Below, piece by piece: positions 58,091-64,000 of a stretch of DNA of 64,000 nucleotides (positions within the stretch are counted from its first letter, which is position 1; every line of letters starts with the position of its first letter). The stretch comes from Naegleria gruberi (lineage: Eukaryota): NCBI GenBank assembly GCA_000004985.1, contig GG738913.1; one strand, written 5' to 3'. The position numbers and the translations under genes are program-made. The notes beneath the pieces were generated by a model. It was not told the origin of the DNA, searched no databases, and saw only the letters and a program-made list of their open reading frames with translations.

Positions 58091-59718
58091 TTATTTACCT
58101 CTTCTTCCAGAAGAAGGTGGACGTTTGCTGGATGATGATCTAGAGGATGAAGATCTACCAGATGATGATTTAGAAGATCTGCTTCCAGATCTACCTGAGC
58201 TTGGGCTAGATCTGTTTCCAGATGATCTACTTCCAGATCTGTTTCCAGAAGATTTACTTCCAGATGATCTACCTGAGCTTGATCTACTTCCAGATGATCT
58301 GGATTTTGAGGATGAAGAACCACTCGATCTTCTTTGAGAAGAAGATCTTCCAGAGTTGTTTCTAGTATTTCTTCCTGATTGGTTGTTAGATCTCTTTTGA
58401 GTTGGCTTAGAATAGGTCTTTCTGGAGAGTCCAGTCTTGAATCCAGAGTAAGCTTTTCTAAATTCGTTAGCATTCTTCAACTTTGCAACAGTACCCATCT
58501 TCTTCCAATTCTTACCAGCAGTAGAAACTGTCTTTCTAATAGCACTCATTACTTGCTTTCTATTCTTAACAAATTTAGTGGCCTTTGTGAGTGAGGTCTT
58601 GAGTGCCTTGTAAGAGGTTGGCAATTTAATGTTTCTAACCATTCCCAATGCCTTCAAACCTCCCTTCAAACTGAGAGCTCCAGAAACAACATTTAAAGTT
58701 CTTCTTACAGCTTGGAATGTCTTGGATTTAACAACAGGGGCAATCTTTGCAGCAACCTTGGTTTCGATTGGCTTTAACTTGGTTTGAGAAAATGTGTCTA
58801 CGGAAGAACCCCATTTTTTGGCAGTTTCTGAAACACCTTTCAAACCCCATTTATCTAATTTGCTAGCAACTGGACCTGACAAGAATTTACCGACCTTTGA
58901 AATTTTGTCAGAGTAAGTTCCAATACCATCAACTATGTTCATTCCTAGTGAGGCAATAGAGATAGCTTGACCAAGCCAAAGAGATTTAGCTCCAGATGAT
59001 GACTCGAATGAAACAGGGCCAGTAACACCTTCTGGTGTTGGTTGTTGTTGTTGAGCTGGCTCTTCCTTGAGTGGTTGATTTTCATTGGCTTTTGAAATAT
59101 CAGTAAGTGATGATTGCAAGATATCAACTGATGGATGTTCTGACTTTACTGTGAAATCCTTTACAATAGCCAAGAGTTGTTGTTTCAACTCGTTGGATTC
59201 TGTTGTTTGGACTTGATCAAGTTTATCAGCAATCTATATCAAAATAACATGAAACATGCATGATGATTAGTATGTGAACAGACTATTCCACAAAAACTAT
59301 TACTTACTCCTTTGATCTTGTTAGCAAACTCAAGATATGTTTCAGCAACTTCTCTTTCTTCCTTTGATGAGAGAGCTTCTTTGAAACTAGCAACTACATT
59401 CTTTGTGGTATCATCAACTGGGAATGCTTCAGCAGACCTCTTCTTTCTATGTGGGTTGATATTTACATTGACCACAATACTAATTCCTTCATTTCCTCCT
59501 CTACTTTGCAAAGCATAGGCTCTTCTATCCTGAGCTTGAACAGTCACAATACAAGATAAGATTGTCAATGCCAAAAGCACTCCAAACAATGTGATAGAAG
59601 CACTAATTTTCATTATTTTTTTCTGAAGATGATTGTTGACCCCTGTCAGTTGATAACACACTACCCATTTCATCATCAACTGAATCGTTTGATTACAAAA
59701 ATATGTTCGACCGCACAA
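58091..59718 (-). CDS. Secreted hypothetical protein with a Ser/Arg/Gly-rich C-terminal tail, 2 exons
   Basis: Exons are 59718..59308 and 59233..58091. The 74-nt intron at 59234..59307 (GTAAGT...GATATAG) joins ...EFANKIKG to IADKLDQVQTTESNELKQQLLAIVKDF in frame. A signal peptide is MKISASITLFGVLLALTILSCIVTVQA. The C-terminus is a roughly 100-aa run of (S/G/R/N/K) repeats. Confidence 0.5.
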
Positions 59719-60228
59719 TAAACATCTTCTTGATTTGTTAAAAGTGTAATAGAAATGATAGTCGCAATTCGCCCCTTGATGAAAAAGTTAGTGCATGTTC
59801 AAGGTTTACTTTCCTTGCTGGTGTGATGGAAAGATAATACAATATTGGTTTTTCATGTTATTGAATGATGCACTGTTATTTCATGATGAGTGTTCAACAT
59901 TCCGATCAATATTTAAATATTTTAATACACAATCAATAATATTTCATGATGCACTTCTGATAAAACTACAATGAACCCATTCCTTAAACTTGTTTTGGAT
60001 TTTTTTTTACAATTTAAAAAAATCAATTTACTAGTATTGCTAATTGTATTAAGGAACATCATGTTAACATCTACGATGTTGGACAAGTAATCATGATGAT
60101 GAAGGAACAATAATACGAGAACTGCTAAACAGATACGAGATAATATTAGAGGATGTGTGGTCTTATTCGGAGGTGGAGCTTACGTTTGATGAAGGTTGAG
60201 GGATGAACACTTAACTGGTCCAATGGCT

Positions 60229-60714
60229 TTATTGATGTTGTATGTGCTTAATTCTTTTGCTGGTGTCATTGAGTTTATCATCAAAGCTGTGTTTACGAGG
60301 TCTTCCTCTTGGTCGTTTAGGTTGTGCCTTTTTCCTTTCTTCTTCCTCCTTCATGGATTCTACGGTGTGGCAAACAAAGGGAAAACTCTCATTGTGTTTT
60401 CTCTTTTTGCTATCTTGAAGTGTGTTTGTTGTTGTTTTTTCAGCTGAAATAAAACATGTTTGTGGAGCAAATGAACTGGTATTAGGTGGAGATTCAGGAA
60501 TTGGTTGGAATGCATTATTTACAAGAATGTTATTCATGAAAGGGTGTTGGTTGAATGTGAATGTTTCATTGGTTGATGGATTGGAATAATCTGAGGTTAT
60601 TGGTTGGAAAATATTGTTGGGTTGAATCGTAACTGTTTGGTCCAACCAAATGTACAATTTCAGTAACATTATTTCTAATGAGTTGGTGTCCTGTTCAGCC
60701 AATGATAGATTCAT
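60229..60714 (-). CDS. Small AT-hook protein, paralog A
   Basis: ATG start. The N-terminal helical segment is LEIMLLKLYIWLD. The C-terminal AT-hook is KRPRGRPRK, preceded by VCHTVESMKEEEERKKAQP. Confidence 0.5.
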   Translation of the reverse strand: MNLSLAEQDTNSLEIMLLKLYIWLDQTVTIQPNNIFQPITSDYSNPSTNETFTFNQHPFMNNILVNNAFQPIPESPPNTSSFAPQTCFISAEKTTTNTLQDSKKRKHNESFPFVCHTVESMKEEEERKKAQPKRPRGRPRKHSFDDKLNDTSKRIKHIQHQ

Positions 60715-61087
60715 TTCTAATATATTGATTTTTTTGTACTCTCAATCTCCATTTCCAATACATCAATTTGTTGCATTGGAGAAACATGAGGAAACTGAGC
60801 ATTTTGTTGGATTCGGTAGCAATTAGATGTGTTTTGAAAGAGATGGTTATAATATGAAGAAGAAAAATCAAAATTTAGAAAGTGTACCATACCATTATGA
60901 GATGTTTGATAGAAATACTCTTTCCCATTCTCGTATTTATTGAATTAAATTACAGAAAATTGGTGGTAGGTGTTCCTTGTCGGAATAGGTGTTATCACTC
61001 ACTTTATCAATAATTTCAAACTCAAAAACATGTCAAAAACCAAAGTCTGCTACGATTAAGACAACACAACATGTTGATATCTGACAT

Positions 61088-61645
61088 TTAATTATCGTCT
61101 TTATTGACAGTCATATATTCCATTTTCAATCGTTTAGTTTCACTTTTGATTTCGAAACTGTTCTTTCTTGGTCTTCCTCTTGGTCGTTTGGGTTGAGTCT
61201 TTTTAAGCTCTTGCTCTTCTCTAATTGATTCAACTGTAGAACAAATGAAAGGAATTGGTTTCCTTATGCTTAACTGATTTGTGAAACTCGATGATTTTCT
61301 GCTTGTCTCAAAAAATGGTTCTTGTTTGATTGATAAATTTCCAAACGAAATTTGAGTTGAAGAGGTGGCAGTAGTTGATGTATTTACAGTAAGGAATGAG
61401 TTGTCAGCATTACACGGATTAGAACCAAACAACATGATGTCATTACATGTATCTACATGCTGATTTGAAGTAACTTTCAACATTTCCTTGGGGCAAGCTG
61501 AACAATTTGGTGGTTGTTGTTGAAGATTTGATGCTTGTTCTTCCTCCAACATTATATATAACCTCAATAACATTTCCAATTGATTTGTGTTCAATAAGGT
61601 CAAACCGAATATTTCAGCTTGTTCTTCATGATCATTGCTGCTCAT
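61088..61645 (-). CDS. Small AT-hook protein, paralog B
   Basis: ATG start. It has the same layout as paralog A: LEMLLRLYIMLEEE followed by ICSTVESIREEQELKKTQPKRPRGRPRK. Confidence 0.5.
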   Translation of the reverse strand: MSSNDHEEQAEIFGLTLLNTNQLEMLLRLYIMLEEEQASNLQQQPPNCSACPKEMLKVTSNQHVDTCNDIMLFGSNPCNADNSFLTVNTSTTATSSTQISFGNLSIKQEPFFETSRKSSSFTNQLSIRKPIPFICSTVESIREEQELKKTQPKRPRGRPRKNSFEIKSETKRLKMEYMTVNKDDN

Positions 61646-62379
61646 TCTTAATATACTTGAGAAAGAGGAGTTTTTTTTTGAAAGGAAATTGTTATAAACT
61701 AGTAGTTTGTAAAGTACTTAACAAACTACGTGATTCTGTCTCTTCTCAAAAAGTAATAATAAAAGATGCACGCTCACAAAATTGTTTATTTATTGGCCCT
61801 TTTTTAGTATTTGTATTGAACTTATGACGCATTATGCGTTTCTTGATTTGGGAAGTTGTGCACAACCAAATCTCAACTTCTCTGAGATTGTTATTTGAAC
61901 GTTTTTAATCTTCATACCACAGTGTTGAGATGACAAATGGTTGCATATTGGTCTAACTAGAACTTGACGAACAAACTGTAATATTTCTATTAAGGTATTA
62001 CTCAAAACCGAACTCATTTTTGAAATCTTATTTGTTGGCATCTGTTATCACCTAAGAACTCACGGAATTTTTGCCATGTATTGTTAATAGTAATTTTTTC
62101 GAATATTTTCAATGTAAATTTCTATAAAGGAAGGATGTATTAGTACGCTCAATAAATCGCTCTTTTTGTAATAATAGAGACAGTTCTCTGAATGGAAGTT
62201 TTCATTCACTATTTTATCGAATATCTCTTTCATTGCCAATCACTCACCTTCTTCAAATATAATGCCATTCCGATTTACAACAGTTGAATGTCTATTGATG
62301 TGTATAATCTTCTGTCCGTTGATATGGCAACTGTGGTTCCTTAATCACGAGATATCTTGTGTCTTTCAATACAAAAAAA

Positions 62380-64000
62380 ATGGTACAAATCCAACCAGTA
62401 AACAATCAGAAAGAATCCGCCTACCTCAATGATGACTATTCTTCTGAACAATCGTCCAGTTTAATCTCCTCCTCTGAAAAGTCCTTCAGTGTTTCCTTCA
62501 AATTTTGTATCATTGCCACTACTTCCTCACTAGTTGCATTTAGCATAATCATCTTGACAGGTATCTGGTTAGCAAGTATCACTTCCACCTCATTGGAAAT
62601 GTCAACAACTTTGAGAGAGAATGAATTCTTCAAGATTCGTCAATTTTGTCTTCAATTAATTCAAGATGTTTATACAGTTTCAAATACGGTTACTGGTCAA
62701 TTAGGTGTTCAGTTCAATTCTTCCTCAGATAATGAAAAGGCGCTGTCAATGTACCGTCTTTACAAGTCAGAAATTAGCTCATCTCACAAGTCAATTGTGG
62801 CAACTTTGTTTATTGCTGATCCACAAGCAACCCTTGTTGGTTTATACATTTTTGGAGGAAAACCAGTCAAGTTTAAGGCAACTCAGCATGTTTCCCTTGA
62901 TTTATACTATTGTAATGATGTAGAGAATTACGATTATTGTAATTCAAATTCGAAACCTGATTTATCACTTCCTGCTTTTGATAATTCGAGACCTGTTGTT
63001 GCGTGTAATGAAAATCCGAATGGAACTTTCTTTTTACCTTCATTCGCTGATGTTACTTTGCCTGATTATATGTTTCTTACATTGATTTATTGTTTTCAGG
63101 GAGATAGTGTCAGTAGAGTTTCGTCTGGTTTCAAATACTTGTTTGCTTATCAATTGTCTTCGAATACATTGTCTGAATTCTTGATTAGTAGTACCAAGTC
63201 AGTTGTTTCAAGTGTTGCTTTGGTTATGGAAATAGATACAGGTTATGTTGTGGCAAGTAAGTTGACAAATTTTCTATAGATTTTACTTTCGAATAATTAG
63301 CCAATATGGAAAACTCAAAACTGTCAGTTTTGGATAACAGTGGAAACATCAAAAGAAAGGGATTGCTCGACTTGACAGATCCTGATCAATTCGATGTTTC
63401 CTCATATGTTTACAATCAATTCAAAACAAATTACAAAAACTCAATTGAGTGCAATTCAAACATGTACTTTTCCACAAGTACAAGATACATTTCCGTATAT
63501 AGAATGTGCAAGGGAATCGACTGGTTACTCATTTACTCAGTTCCAATTTGGAATTATACAGGTAGCTTAGTAATTGCAGTTGTTTGTGCCATTTCTGGAG
63601 GTTTACTTATTTTGGTGTTTAGTGCCATTTTAGGAGTGGTCTTATCTGTGAGAATTGTAGCTCCATTTAAGAATTTAATAATGATGTTTAATAATGTTTC
63701 GAACATGGATTTGGATTCTTTAAATTTGGATTCCAGTCGTTTCAATGAAGTTCAGCAATTGCAATACCATTTCATGTCAATGGTCAGACAAATCAAACTC
63801 TACAGATCCTTCTTGCCCTCTCATTTATTAGCTCAAGTAAGTTGATTCTCTCTTCTATGTGTTGAAGAAATATAATTCAATTTCACAATATTCAGATTGA
63901 TAATAATGAAAATGATGGAAACGAAACTAATCAACCAAAAGATCAACAAGTTGAAAAACACGAAACTGCCTCCAAATCTTCCAAATCCTTCTCTAGTCAC
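62380..64000 (+). CDS. Receptor-type cyclase-like paralog, 3'-truncated at the window edge, at least 3 exons
   Basis: The ORF-track start is GTG, so I used the first ATG at 62380. Exon 1 runs to 63256. Intron 1 is 63257..63300 (GTAAGT...AATTAG). Exon 2 is 63301..63838. A second GTAAGT donor at 63839 is followed by an acceptor near 63897 (...ATTCAG), and the frame stays open to the window end. The N-terminal extracellular region and TM (LVIAVVCAISGGLLILVFSAILGVVL) are paralogous to the cyclase gene at 42647..45101. Confidence 0.5.

Noticed and set aside
58023-58337. 104-aa plus-strand ORF rich in D/E/L/P that overlaps the SR-rich gene
   Set aside because: It is the antisense reading of a low-complexity (AGA/TCT-rich) coding tract. 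The sense-strand gene has a signal peptide, an intron and a coherent frame. The antisense ORF is a compositional artifact.

Overview
This 64-kb window is AT-rich nuclear DNA from a unicellular eukaryote. It uses the standard genetic code and is gene-dense, with about 38 protein-coding genes on both strands. Many genes are single-exon. The rest carry one to three very short spliceosomal introns of 43 to 84 nt, with GTAAGT, GTATGT or GTGAGT donors and YAG acceptors. I worked out exon structures by hand for an AGC kinase, a receptor-type nucleotidyl cyclase, a second cyclase-like paralog, a secreted Ser/Arg/Gly-rich protein and two hypothetical genes. Clear housekeeping genes are EF-1alpha, Sec23, cobalamin-independent methionine synthase (MetE), ESCRT-II Vps22, Leo1, an ER-type GPAT-like acyltransferase, a partial Coq1-like polyprenyl diphosphate synthase, glutaredoxin, an Hsp70-like ATPase and a MOV10/UPF1-like SF1 helicase. 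Lineage-expanded or bacterial-flavoured families sit among them. These are two paralogous single-pass receptor cyclases, an NHL-repeat/BTB protein, a Sel1-repeat/ZZ protein, a secreted parallel beta-helix protein, a VIT-vWA protein, F-box-like proteins, two kinases and a tandem pair of AT-hook proteins. The gene repertoire and intron style resemble a Naegleria-like heterolobosean amoeba, but I cannot verify the organism. I see no prokaryote-style defense or mobile system. The most notable features are four genes broken by single-nucleotide lesions, a perfectly identical 2 x 336-bp tandem repeat inside an NHL-repeat gene, a GC-rich candidate Pol III ncRNA island, a tRNA-like element, and a 253-N assembly gap inside a multi-exon gene. 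The ORF track labels several 'M' starts that are really TTG or GTG codons. I moved those starts to the first ATG where appropriate.
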